A stretch of DNA of 64,000 bases from an uncultured Actinomycetes bacterium (lineage in GTDB: Bacteria; Actinomycetota; Thermoleophilia; UBA2241). Made by a program: the position numbers and the translations under genes. Of this stretch, positions 43,433 to 53,006 are shown piece after piece (the stretch's first letter is position 1; every line of letters starts with the position of its first letter). The stretch lies in assembly GCA_963725665.1 (NCBI GenBank), contig CAVRZA010000011.1, positions 288,001 to 352,000 of the forward strand, in the 5' to 3' direction. The notes under the pieces were generated by a model. The model was not told the DNA's origin and searched no databases. It saw only the letters and a program-made list of their open reading frames with translations.

Positions 43433-45051
43433 AGCGGTCCCCCCTCGAGAGCGGCCACGGGCTTCCGGTCGACGACGCGCCGCGGAGCTGCGGGCGGGCC
43501 GCTGGGGCGGCCCGCCCGCAGCTCCGCGAAGAACGGGTTACAGTAGTCGGCGGCCTTGACGACGACGCCGTCGCGGCCGCGGCCGCCCTCGGGATCGCGC
43601 CTGACGTCGGCGAACTCGCCTTCTGCGAGCGCTGTGAAGAGCCCGACGGTGGCGACGTGCTCGAGTTGCGCGACGGCGCGCTCGAGCACGTCGTTGGCGC
43701 GCGTTTCGACGATGCCCCCAGGCCTGAAATCGACGTCCCCCATGAGGTGACGGCAACCCTCGAAGAGATACTTGGCGTTGCGTATCGAGAGATAGCGGTC
43801 CTGCAGAAGGGGAGTGTGCAGCGCCTCCGTGAGCATGCCGAGGAGCATGATGTCCTGCCCCGTGACGATGCCGGTGAAGTTGAACATGGCGTCGATGATG
43901 TGCCCCTGAAAGATGTCGCCCGGCATGTACTTGGTGGGCGGCATGTACTTGAGCGGGTACTCGGGGAAGCACTCGCGGACGAGCAGGGCGTCGGCTATCT
44001 GATAGACGACCTGGTCGGGCATGGCGGGGTTGATCTCGAAGGCGTGCCCGAGGCCGATCTGCCAGGGCTCGAGGTCGGCGCGCAGGGCGAACTCCTCGTT
44101 GATGAAGTCCGACGAGACCACCGTGTGCGCCTGCTCGAAAGCGTCGGCGGTGGTGAGGTAGTTGTCCTCTCCGGTGTTGATGATGATGCCGGCGCGCGCG
44201 TTGACCAGCCGCGCCAGATACTGGTCGACGAAGGTGCGCTTCATGTTGATGTTGCGAAAGATGATGCCGTACAGGGAGTCGTTGAGCATCATGTCGAGCC
44301 GCTCCAGCGCGCCCATAGTGGCGATCTCGGGCATGCAGAGGCCGCTGGCGTAGTTGCAGAGGCGGATGTAGCGGCCGACCTCTTCGCCGACCTCGTCGAG
44401 GGCCGCGCGCATGTAGCGGAAGTTCTCCTGCGTGGCGTAGGTGCCGCCGAAGCCCTCGGTGGTGATGCCGTAGGGCACGTAGTCGAGGAGGCTCTGGGCG
44501 GTCGTGCGGATGACGGCCACCACGTCGGCGCCGGCCCTGGCCGCCGCCCTCGCCTGCACCGCATCCTCTTTGATGTTGCCGGTGGCGACGATCACGTAGA
44601 CGTAGGGTCGCTGTGCCTCGCTCGTCTGCGCGACGAGCTCGGCGCGCCTCTCGCGCACGCGGTCTATGCGCGCGATGCCTTCGCGCGCGAGCCGGGTCGC
44701 TCGCTCCTCGACGGCGGCGCGCCGCTCAGCGGGGACGGCCACCAGCTCGAGGTCGCCGGCAGCGACGCCGGCGGCGGCTTCATGCGCGTTCTTGCCGGCG
44801 CGCATCATGAGGTCGACGAACGGCAGCATCACACCGCTGGCGAGAAGCTCGCGCGCGTGCTCGACCACGACGTTGACCAGCGGGACGTCCACCTCATTGA
44901 CGCCCTCGATGCTCAGCAGTCGCAGCGAGGCCCGCTCGACGGAGTCCGTCGTGTGTGCGTCGATGTGCTGCCAGACGTCGTCGGCGATCGCTGAGGCGGC
45001 CTCGCGCGCTCGGCCCAGCATCGCCTCGTTGAGCGAGATCTTGTGCTCCAC
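43429..45051 (-). CDS. kamD: Lysine 5,6-aminomutase alpha subunit
   Basis: YVIVATGNI.ED, IRTTAQSLLDYVPYG.TTEGFGGTYATQENF, NYASGLCMPEIA, KYMPPTK. Confidence 0.95.
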   Translation of the reverse strand: MEHKISLNEAMLGRAREAASAIADDVWQHIDAHTTDSVERASLRLLSIEGVNEVDVPLVNVVVEHARELLASGVMLPFVDLMMRAGKNAHEAAAGVAAGDLELVAVPAERRAAVEERATRLAREGIARIDRVRERRAELVAQTSEAQRPYVYVIVATGNIKEDAVQARAAARAGADVVAVIRTTAQSLLDYVPYGITTEGFGGTYATQENFRYMRAALDEVGEEVGRYIRLCNYASGLCMPEIATMGALERLDMMLNDSLYGIIFRNINMKRTFVDQYLARLVNARAGIIINTGEDNYLTTADAFEQAHTVVSSDFINEEFALRADLEPWQIGLGHAFEINPAMPDQVVYQIADALLVRECFPEYPLKYMPPTKYMPGDIFQGHIIDAMFNFTGIVTGQDIMLLGMLTEALHTPLLQDRYLSIRNAKYLFEGCRHLMGDVDFRPGGIVETRANDVLERAVAQLEHVATVGLFTALAEGEFADVRRDPEGGRGRDGVVVKAADYCNPFFAELRAGRPSGPPAAPRRVVDRKPVAALEGGPL

Positions 45052-46203
45052 CTAGACCTTCCTCGTCGCGCGGAGTTGCTCTGCGACATCGCCGGGGATC
45101 CGGGCGAGGCCGTTGACGACGTCGAAGACGGGGGCGCGGTCGCCGACTGCGTCGGCGACCGCGCTGAAGAACAGCTGCGGATCGTACGGCTTGGGCAGCC
45201 GGAACGGGTTGGTGGTCACCGCGAGCAGGCGCAGGGAGGTGAGAACGCGCAGGTCGACGCCGCAGCGGCGGAACCGCGCCACCGTTGCCGGCGGCAGGAT
45301 CAGCACGGTGGCGTCGCGCACGACGACACGTAACGTGTGGCGAGGTGCCAGGACGCGGGTGAAGTCGTCGACAAACTCCTCCGTAAGGGCTCCGCCGACA
45401 AAGAGCGTCGTGGTGCCTAGGCGCGTCACCTCGCGGGCGACCCTCACGCCCTCGCCGACGACCGTATCGAGCTCCAGCGCCGACTGGTGTCCGTGCTCGT
45501 CCACCGAGAGGGCGCGAACCGTGTTCAACGTCCGCGGCGCCACCAGGTCTCGGACCTCACGCGGGGCCTCGGGTATGGTGAGCATCTCCAGCGCGGCGGT
45601 CGTCGTCTCGACGATCTCGTCAAGGGAGTCGGCGACGAGGCCGCCGGTCGCCATGACGAGACCGTCGCTGACGCGCGGCGAGGCGCTGCCGAGGCGGTTG
45701 ATGGCGCCGTCGACCAGCACTTGCTCGGCGCCCCGTGCCTGCAGGCGGTCGACCGTTCCGCGAACCTCCGCCAGCGTCAGCGGACCGCTCACCTCGACCG
45801 CGCCCTCACCGCCGGCCTCGCCGATGACGACGCGTCCGAGCGAGGTGACGTAGGGGAGCTCCTCGACGATGCGCATCCTGTAGTGAGAGCGGGCGAGCGA
45901 CCCTTCCGTCGTCGCCACGAGCGTGCCGGGCGGCGGGGCGATGCGCGGCTTGTCGAGGCCTGTGAGGTGGTCGGTGCGCTCGCCGTCGAGGCCGAGCGAG
46001 GTGAGGCCGAACCGGCGAGCGCAGTTCGCCATCAGGCTGTTGACGACGGTCGTCTTGCCGGCGTTCTTGACCAGCCCGATGACGGCGATGGCGCCAAGGC
46101 CGCTCGTTTCCACGAGATCGTAGAGAGCCCCCGCCCCGCTCTCGTGCTCGCCTGTTCTTGGCGTCGGAGGAGTGATGGAGGTGCGCCCGGGCATGTTCGT
46201 CAC
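45052..46203 (-). CDS. kamB: Lysine 5,6-aminomutase reactivase-like subunit (KamB family)
   Basis: IG.VKNAGKTT, LTS.GLDGE..D..T...KPRI, DGA..R...ASP; directly upstream of kamD. Confidence 0.75.
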   Translation of the reverse strand: MTNMPGRTSITPPTPRTGEHESGAGALYDLVETSGLGAIAVIGLVKNAGKTTVVNSLMANCARRFGLTSLGLDGERTDHLTGLDKPRIAPPPGTLVATTEGSLARSHYRMRIVEELPYVTSLGRVVIGEAGGEGAVEVSGPLTLAEVRGTVDRLQARGAEQVLVDGAINRLGSASPRVSDGLVMATGGLVADSLDEIVETTTAALEMLTIPEAPREVRDLVAPRTLNTVRALSVDEHGHQSALELDTVVGEGVRVAREVTRLGTTTLFVGGALTEEFVDDFTRVLAPRHTLRVVVRDATVLILPPATVARFRRCGVDLRVLTSLRLLAVTTNPFRLPKPYDPQLFFSAVADAVGDRAPVFDVVNGLARIPGDVAEQLRATRKV

Positions 46204-46898
46204 GCCCTCGATGCCTCGCTCACGAGCGCGCCGGCCTCGGCGACGCCGTCGTGGCGCCGGATCTCCTTCAGATAGCTGAAGATGGTGTAGCGCGAGAGGT
46301 CGAGGGCCTCAGCGACCTGCTCAGCTGAGCGCTTGACGAGGAAGGCACCGCGTTCCTCGAGGCGCTTCACTACCTCGCGCTTGTCGTCGCGGGTCATCGT
46401 CGCCGGAGTCTTGCCCATCTCCGCGAGGATCGCGGCGATCATGCCCGCCACGACTTCGCGGATGTCGTGGGCGAAGATCTCGCGCGTCTCCGGGCCGGTC
46501 TCGCCGCCCGAACGCCCGACGGCGGTGAGCGCGCCGAGCGTGCGCTGTGCCTGGACGATCTCGGAGACGTCGAGGTTCACGCCCAGGATGCCGATCTGCC
46601 GACCGTCGGCGTCGCGCAGCGTGACGGCGAGCGACCTCAGGATCTTGCCGTCCTGAGACGAGACGTAGAGCCTGACGTCGCTGCCGCTCCCCTGCGCGTT
46701 GCGCAGTGAACGCAGCATCAGGTCGGTGGGGACGTCGCCGACGTGGCGGCCGGTGACGTGGCCGTTCTCGATCGCGACGACCGAGTTCGGCATCGCGGCG
46801 AGGTCGTGGAGCACCACCTCACAGTTGGGCCCGAACATCTCCGCGAGGCCGTGCACCAGCGGCACGAAGCCGCGCAACTTGGGATCGACTGGTGCCAT
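46200..46898 (-). CDS. YheO/DauR-family PAS-HTH transcriptional regulator
   Basis: FGPNCEVVLHDL, AIENGHVTGR.VG, GAFLVK.S...VA..L..SRYTI..YL. Confidence 0.9.
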   Translation of the reverse strand: MAPVDPKLRGFVPLVHGLAEMFGPNCEVVLHDLAAMPNSVVAIENGHVTGRHVGDVPTDLMLRSLRNAQGSGSDVRLYVSSQDGKILRSLAVTLRDADGRQIGILGVNLDVSEIVQAQRTLGALTAVGRSGGETGPETREIFAHDIREVVAGMIAAILAEMGKTPATMTRDDKREVVKRLEERGAFLVKRSAEQVAEALDLSRYTIFSYLKEIRRHDGVAEAGALVSEASRA

Positions 46899-46948
46899 CG
46901 GACCTCCGCCCTCGACGAAGCCTCGCGGGCTTCGCAGCCTACGGTCTT

Positions 46949-46978
46949 GTTATATCGTTCACGACCTTGGCTTGTCAA
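46949..46978 (-). promoter_or_regulatory. sigma70-type promoter of the regulator-kam operon
   Basis: TTGACA (46978-46973)-N18-TATAAC (46954-46949). Confidence 0.6.
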
Positions 46979-47083
46979 AAAAAGTCAGGCGGCTACCGGT
47001 TTTAGTGGCGCTGGGACGCAGTGCAGCCCCGCTTTCGGTGAGTGCCGAGCGTGATGATGGCCGAAACGGCAAAGTCGCAGGGA

Positions 47084-47122
47084 GCGAGGACGGCGGCGCC
47101 GCAGAGGCGCCGCCGTCCTCGC
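47084..47122. terminator. 17-bp inverted repeat downstream of htrA
   Basis: GCGAGGACGGCGGCGCC-gcaga-GGCGCCGCCGTCCTCGC. Confidence 0.6.
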
Positions 47123-47177
47123 GTCAGCAGTGCGCGCCGCGCCCGCCGGACGGCGAGCGCGGCGCACAGACGGAAGA

Positions 47178-48383
47178 TCAGAACCCTACTGGCTTACTGC
47201 CCAGCGTGACCTGGACGTCCTGGGTCTTGCCGTCGCGCACGATGGTCAGCGTGACCTTGTCGCCGGGCTTGTGGCCGGCGATGGTTTTCTGTAGCTGCTG
47301 CATGTCGGCGACCTTCTGGCCGTCGATGGCCGTGACGATGTCGCCGCCGATGGGGAAGGATTGGCCGCCGACGGTTGCGTCGGAGGAGGCTCCCTGCAGG
47401 CCGGCCGCCTCCGCCGGGCCGCCCGACATGACCGTGGCGATCTCGGCGCCCTCTGTGACCGACAGGTTGAGGGCCTGCGCCACCTGCGGGGTGATGCTGA
47501 CGCCGGAGATGCCCAGCCAGGCGGACGGTGTCTGGTTCTCGAGCCGCTTCATCGCCGTGACCGCCGTGTTGATGGGCACCGCGAAGCCCAGCCCGATGCT
47601 GCCGCTGCCCCCGTTCCTCGCCGTGGCGATCTGCTCGTTGATGCCGATGACGCGGCCCGTGGCGTCGATGAGCGGGCCGCCCGAGTTGCCCTCGTTGATG
47701 GCGGCGTCGGTCTGGATGCCGTTCTCGATGGCGGCGCGCGTCGGCGAGCTGAGCGGGCGGTTGATGGCCGACACGATGCCCGAGGTCATGGTGAACTCGA
47801 GGCCGAGGGGATTCCCGATGGCGACCACCTGCTGACCGACCTGGACCTTGCTGGAGTCGCCGAGCGGCAACGGCTTGAGGTTCGGCACCTTACCGGGATC
47901 GACTTTGAGGAGGGCCACATCGCTCGCGCCGTCGACGCCGACCACGGTCGCGTCGACAGTGGTCGTCTTGGTGCCGCTGCCCTTGAAGACGACCTGCACT
48001 TTGGTGGCCGGCTGTGGAGTGCTGAGATAGGCGCCAGTGTCGTCCTGGTACTCCACGACGACGTGAGCGTTGGTGAGGATCTCACCCTTGCTCGACACGA
48101 CGAACCCCGTGCCGATGCCGTGACCTTCCCCTTGCTGGCCGAAAAAGCCCTGGACCGAAGGGAAGGTCGACTGGACTTCGACGACGCTGGGCGTCGCCTG
48201 GCGGTAGATCTGCTCTGGAGTGAGACCGGCGCTCGGGCTCGCGAACGTCGCCGGGGCGCTCTGCACGATCTGCGTCGTCTCGGTCTTCACGAACGGGCTT
48301 CCGAGGAGAAGGAAGACGCCGAAGATGAGGGCGGCGCCGAGTACTCCGCCCACGAGGCCCAATATGAACGCTTTCGTCTTCAC
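47178..48383 (-). CDS. htrA: HtrA/DegP-family serine protease with PDZ domain
   Basis: TNAHVV, DVALLKV, QTDAAINEGNSGGPL; C-terminal PDZ, N-terminal TM. Confidence 0.92.
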   Translation of the reverse strand: MKTKAFILGLVGGVLGAALIFGVFLLLGSPFVKTETTQIVQSAPATFASPSAGLTPEQIYRQATPSVVEVQSTFPSVQGFFGQQGEGHGIGTGFVVSSKGEILTNAHVVVEYQDDTGAYLSTPQPATKVQVVFKGSGTKTTTVDATVVGVDGASDVALLKVDPGKVPNLKPLPLGDSSKVQVGQQVVAIGNPLGLEFTMTSGIVSAINRPLSSPTRAAIENGIQTDAAINEGNSGGPLIDATGRVIGINEQIATARNGGSGSIGLGFAVPINTAVTAMKRLENQTPSAWLGISGVSITPQVAQALNLSVTEGAEIATVMSGGPAEAAGLQGASSDATVGGQSFPIGGDIVTAIDGQKVADMQQLQKTIAGHKPGDKVTLTIVRDGKTQDVQVTLGSKPVGF

Positions 48384-48696
48384 AGGCGGTCCCTCCCGTC
48401 TCCGCTACTGAGCGCGGCGCCAGTCAGCGTCTACGCCGATGGCGACCTTGCGGCCGGCCGATCATCGGTCGCTCGAGATCAGCCGTGCGCCGAGGCCCGA
48501 TGACCCGCGTCCGCTCTCAGAGTAAGCCCTTCGGCGGTCTCCGTTAACCTCTGTCGATCCCATACTTCCCCCGCGCAGCCCTTAACAAGAGTCGATCCGA
48601 CAGCGGCGCGCCCCTTCTTGCAGGCTCACGCGCGCTCACTGTTGGCCGTGAGAGAGGGTTCCCAGGCCCGTCTGCGAGGGTGCCGAAAGGCCGCCG

Positions 48697-50499
48697 TCAG
48701 CTTTGACGACGCCGAGTCGACGTGTCTTCGGCCGGGCTCAGCGGCAGGGTAAGCGCGAAGGTCGCACCCGAGCCGTTCGTCAGCGTGGCGGCGATCGTGC
48801 CGCCCATGAGCTCGACGAGGTCGCGGGCGATGGAGAGCCCCAGCCCCGTCCCGGACTTGGCGCGGCTCGAGGAGCCGCGGTAGAAGCGGTCGAAGACGCG
48901 GTCGATCTCGCCCGGCGGGATGCCCGGCCCCTCGTCGGAAACGGCGAGCGCGGCGTGCTCGTCCTCCTTCGTCAGCGTGATGGTGATGCGGCCTCCCCGG
49001 GGCGAGAACTTGACGGCGTTGTCGAGCAGGGCGCGCAGCACTTGCGTGAGGCGCTGCTCGTCGCACCAGGCGACCGTCGCGACGCCTGGCGGCTCGACGG
49101 TCGCCGTAAGATCCTTGTCGACGAGGCGGCGCTGGAACTCCGAGAGCACCGAGGCGCTGACCTCGGCCAGGTCGACCGCGGCGGGGTGGATCGGCACCTC
49201 CCCGGAGTCCATCTGCGAGAGGTCGAGCAGGCTCAGCGACAGGTCGGTCAGCCGGTCGACCTGCTCCTTCATCAGCGCCAGGAAGTCGCGCTCGGTCGCC
49301 GGATCGAGGTCGCCCTCGTCCAGGAGCTCCATGAACCCGGAGAGTGAGAAGAGCGGCGTCTTGAGCTCGTGCGATGCGTTGGCGACGAACTCGCGGCGCG
49401 CGCGCTCGAGCTTGACCTGGTTGGTGACATCGCGCAGCACGATGATCGAGGCGACCTCGGCCTCCTCGTTGGTCGGGTAGGCGGTAGCTTCGAGGATGCG
49501 GTCCTTGAGATCGAAGACGACGGTCTGGTCCTGTCCGCCCTCGCGCGAGTCGCGCCACGCCTGCAGCGCGTCGTCGGGGAGCACGTCGGCGAGCGCCGAG
49601 CCGCCCGGCACGCGCCGCGCGAGAAGCTGGGCCGAGCTCGGGTTGGCGATCAGCACCCGGCCTTCGACGCTGACTCCGATGACGCCCTCACTCAGGTCGT
49701 TCAGGAGGATCTCGATCTGCTCCTTCTCGCGCTCAATCTGCGAGAACGCTTCGCGCAGCCTCTCGCCCATCTTGTTGAACGTGAGGCCGAGCTGGCCGAC
49801 CTCGTCGGGAGTGCGCACGCGTACCGTCGCCGCGAGATCGCCGGCGGCGATGGCCTCGGCGCTGCGCTCGATGCGTTTGAGGCGCCGGGCGATGAAGTAG
49901 GAGGCCAGGTAGCCTGTGAGAAGCGCGACGATGAGACCGAGCCCAGTGGCCAGGACGAGCTGCCGCTTCACGATCCCGACCGCCGTCTGCGCGTCGCGCA
50001 GCGAGGTCGTGATGAGCAGCACGGCGCCGAGCCTCTGTTCGTTGCCCCACGGGTAGAAGACGGGCGCCGCGACGGCGGCGTACTCAGTGCCGTTTATGGT
50101 CGTCGTGCCGGCCTGGGGCTGCCGCGTATCGACCACGCTCTTGATCATCGGGTAGTTCGCTGGATTGAAGGGCTGGCTGCGCCGCGAGTCGCCGAGCGCG
50201 TACTTCGTCGACGCGTCGACGAAGATGATGCGGGCGTTGATCTGCTGGTCGAAGAAGGCGGCCGTGTCCTGCAGTGTGATATTGGGGCCGGTCACGATCC
50301 GGCCGGTCTGGTCGATGGGAAGCAGCACGCGCTGGTCGAGGGAGCGCGCGCCCGTCGTCAGCTCGGTGAGCTTGCGGCTGACGAGGCGGTCCTGAAGGGG
50401 CGGCACGATGTAGAGGTAGGCGGTCAGCACGGCGACCGCCACCACGGCGAGGAAGAGGAGGGTCAGCCAGTTTCTGACCGATCGCAGCAGAAAGCCCAT
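48697..50499 (-). CDS. Sensor histidine kinase (TM-HAMP-PAS-HisKA-HATPase; WalK/PhoR-like)
   Basis: DEVGQL...FN.M, FVANASHELKTPL, LLDNAVKF, D.GPGI, FDRFYR, GTGLGL. Confidence 0.93.
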   Translation of the reverse strand: MGFLLRSVRNWLTLLFLAVVAVAVLTAYLYIVPPLQDRLVSRKLTELTTGARSLDQRVLLPIDQTGRIVTGPNITLQDTAAFFDQQINARIIFVDASTKYALGDSRRSQPFNPANYPMIKSVVDTRQPQAGTTTINGTEYAAVAAPVFYPWGNEQRLGAVLLITTSLRDAQTAVGIVKRQLVLATGLGLIVALLTGYLASYFIARRLKRIERSAEAIAAGDLAATVRVRTPDEVGQLGLTFNKMGERLREAFSQIEREKEQIEILLNDLSEGVIGVSVEGRVLIANPSSAQLLARRVPGGSALADVLPDDALQAWRDSREGGQDQTVVFDLKDRILEATAYPTNEEAEVASIIVLRDVTNQVKLERARREFVANASHELKTPLFSLSGFMELLDEGDLDPATERDFLALMKEQVDRLTDLSLSLLDLSQMDSGEVPIHPAAVDLAEVSASVLSEFQRRLVDKDLTATVEPPGVATVAWCDEQRLTQVLRALLDNAVKFSPRGGRITITLTKEDEHAALAVSDEGPGIPPGEIDRVFDRFYRGSSSRAKSGTGLGLSIARDLVELMGGTIAATLTNGSGATFALTLPLSPAEDTSTRRRQS

Positions 50500-50521
50500 G
50501 AGATGCGCCCTTCGTGGACTC

Positions 50522-51226
50522 CTAGAACTCCCTGAACTTGTAGCCGATGTTGCGCACCGTGAAGATGAACTCCGGGTCCTTGGGGTCGCGCTCGATCTTC
50601 TCGCGCAGGTGGCGGATGTGCACGTCGACCGTACGCGCGTCGCGATACTCGGAGTCGCCCCAGACCATCTGCAGGAGCAGCTGCCGGCTGTACACGCGGC
50701 CCGGGTGTGAGATGAGCGTCTTGAGCAGCTCGAACTCCATGTAGGTGAGGTCGACCTTCGTCTCGCGCACGTAGACGTTGCGCTTGAGGACGTCGACCTC
50801 GAGCTCATCGACGCTGACGACCTCCGTCGCCGCCTCGCGGCGACTGCCCATCTCGGCCCGGCGCAGTTGCGCGCGCACCCTGCTCGTGAACTCGCGCACG
50901 CTGAAGCGGTCCTTGGTGATGTAGTCGTCGGCGCCGATCTCGAGCCCCAGCACCTTGTCGAACTCGTCGGCTTTGGCCGTCAGCATGATGATGGGGACCA
51001 CACTCTCGGCGCGCAGGCGGCGGCAGACCTCTATGCCGTCGATCCCGGGGAGCATGAGGTCGAGGATGACGAGGTCGAACTGGTCCTTCGCGAACAGGTC
51101 GAGGGCCTCCTGTCCGTCACGCGCCTGCACGACCTGGTAGCCCTCGCGCTCGAGAGGGAACCTGAGCAGCCTCTGGATAGCCTCCTCGTCGTCAACGACC
51201 AGGATCTTCGCCTTCGATACCGCCAC
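50522..51226 (-). CDS. OmpR/PhoB-family response regulator
   Basis: VVDDE, LDLMLP, MLTAK, GADDYITK, RTVDVHIRHLREKIE, TVR.IGY. Confidence 0.95.
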   Translation of the reverse strand: MAVSKAKILVVDDEEAIQRLLRFPLEREGYQVVQARDGQEALDLFAKDQFDLVILDLMLPGIDGIEVCRRLRAESVVPIIMLTAKADEFDKVLGLEIGADDYITKDRFSVREFTSRVRAQLRRAEMGSRREAATEVVSVDELEVDVLKRNVYVRETKVDLTYMEFELLKTLISHPGRVYSRQLLLQMVWGDSEYRDARTVDVHIRHLREKIERDPKDPEFIFTVRNIGYKFREF

Positions 51227-51869
51227 CCGTCCTCCCTTCGATTGTCTGCGCCCGCCCCGGCGCCACCACCAACTGCCGCGCTCTGAACTGCGCTCCTATC
51301 GCCCGTGCCAGCGCCTCGCAATCGGCCAGGTCGACCCCCGGCTGTTCGACGGCGGTCAGCGTCGTGGCCACGCCTTCTTCGACGCAGCGCTGAGCGAACT
51401 TGATCACCGCCCTGTGTGCTTTTGAGAACATCGGGCGGCAAAGCTCGTCGTACGTCGCCGGGTCCGCGGCGACGAGGCTCACCGTCGCCGCCTCGAGCCC
51501 GGCGGCGGCGAGCTCTGCCGCCACGTCGCGGTCGGGGTTCAGCAGATTCCCGTGTCCGTTGGTGACCAGGCGCGACGGGATGCGTCGCAGGCGCAGCCAC
51601 TCGGTCACCGCCAGCACATCGTCGAGGCGCATGGTCGGCTCGCCCAGACCGCAAAAGACCACTTCGTCGGCCGGCCCGTCGAGGAAGGCGAGCTCGATGG
51701 CTCGCTCGATCTCGTCGACATCGGGCTCGGCCCGCAGCGTGAGGTCGTACCCGAACACCTCGTGGGTGAACTCGGCCAGGCAGAACTCACAAGAACACGA
51801 GCACCGGTCGGTGATGTTCAGGTAGATGTTCTCTTTGCCGCGGTAGGCGATGGTGTCGGGACGGTCCAT
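51192..51869 (-). CDS. TatD-associated-type radical SAM protein
   Basis: I.Y....IYLNITDRCSCSCEFC, L.L..EP, EVVFCG.GEPT, TNGHGNL. Confidence 0.85.
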   Translation of the reverse strand: MDRPDTIAYRGKENIYLNITDRCSCSCEFCLAEFTHEVFGYDLTLRAEPDVDEIERAIELAFLDGPADEVVFCGLGEPTMRLDDVLAVTEWLRLRRIPSRLVTNGHGNLLNPDRDVAAELAAAGLEAATVSLVAADPATYDELCRPMFSKAHRAVIKFAQRCVEEGVATTLTAVEQPGVDLADCEALARAIGAQFRARQLVVAPGRAQTIEGRTGGGIEGEDPGR

Positions 51870-51968
51870 AAGTGGCGGCGCTCGGAGGCGCGTGACGATT
51901 ATAGCGCGGTAGAATGGATGACCCGCCACCCTCGTGTCACGGGCGACGCCGCCGAGAGGAAGCCGGCA

Positions 51969-52931
51969 ATGGACGATACCCGCGCCAAGCTCGTCGATCT
52001 GTGCGCCCGCCTGCGTGATGTGGTCGTGCCGTTCCTCGGCCTGCACGGGGCGCGCGAGCACGCCGGTGAAGCGGTCGGTGGCGACGTCACCTTCGACATC
52101 GACGAGCGGGCGGAGCGCTTCCTCGAGGCCTACATGGCCGAGCGCCTGCCCACGTGGGCCTACTATTCCGAGGACCGCGGGCTGCAGGGGGCGACTGAGC
52201 CGGAGCTCGTGCTCATCGTCGATCCCATCGACGGGACTCGCCCGGCCGCCGCCGGTCTGGAATCGGCGTGCGTGAGCGCCGCCGCCGTGCCTCCAGTCGA
52301 AGAGCCGACCATGGGCGACGTGATCGTCGGCGTGGTGCAAGAGATCAAATCGGGTGATCGTTTCACGGCCGAGCTTCGAGCGGGGTTCGAGATGCGGCGC
52401 GCCGACGGCTCTGCCATCCCCTTCCTGCCGACAGGGCGCACCGACATCGAGAGCCTGTTCTGGACGCTTGGCTTCCGCGGCCGCCCGGCACTCGTGCTCG
52501 CGGGGGTCCTCGAAGAGCTGATCGATACCTCGAGCGTGCGCGGCGCCCTGTTCGATCTGGGCTCGGCCACGTACTCGATCACGCGTGTGCTGACGGGGCA
52601 GGTCGATGCCTACGTCGACATCGGACCGGCGATCATCACCGCGCACCCCGAGACCGAGGCGGACTTCAGGCGTGTCGGCTGGGGCGCGGTGCTCAACAAC
52701 TCGCCCTACGACCTCGCTGCCGTCCATCTCATAGCCCGCGAGGCGGGGCTGCCCATTACCGACGCCGATGGGCAGCCCCTCGACGCCTGCCGCCTTCTGG
52801 GCTCCGACGCGAGCTACCAGATGGCCTCCATCGTCTCGGGGAACTCCGAGCTGCAAGCGCGGCTCGTCGAGGTCGTACAACGGGGGCTGCGCGACTACAG
52901 GCCGGGCCGGAGCGGGGAGTTCCCTCGTTGA
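51969..52931 (+). CDS. Inositol monophosphatase/FBPase superfamily protein
   Basis: GD.TF.IDE.AE, SED.G, VDPIDGT, GS.......V..G.VDAYVD, YDLAA..LIA.EAG..ITD. Confidence 0.85.
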   Translation: MDDTRAKLVDLCARLRDVVVPFLGLHGAREHAGEAVGGDVTFDIDERAERFLEAYMAERLPTWAYYSEDRGLQGATEPELVLIVDPIDGTRPAAAGLESACVSAAAVPPVEEPTMGDVIVGVVQEIKSGDRFTAELRAGFEMRRADGSAIPFLPTGRTDIESLFWTLGFRGRPALVLAGVLEELIDTSSVRGALFDLGSATYSITRVLTGQVDAYVDIGPAIITAHPETEADFRRVGWGAVLNNSPYDLAAVHLIAREAGLPITDADGQPLDACRLLGSDASYQMASIVSGNSELQARLVEVVQRGLRDYRPGRSGEFPR

Positions 52932-53006
52932 CGGCGTGGGCGCGGCCGGTGGCCGAGGGGCGCGAGAAGCGGCGATGAGGAGACGTGCGGCGATGCGGAG
53001 AGCGGG

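Noticed and set aside
46899-46990. Lysine or cobalamin riboswitch before the kam operon
   Set aside because: The leader is only about 45 nt after the predicted promoter and shows no aptamer motifs.
47050-47100. Hammerhead-like (GTGATGA..GAAA) or c-di-GMP-I-like (GGCAAA..GGACG) fragments
   Set aside because: Core residues are missing (no CUGA, no GACGCAAA) and no same-strand gene follows; hairpins are better explained as terminators.
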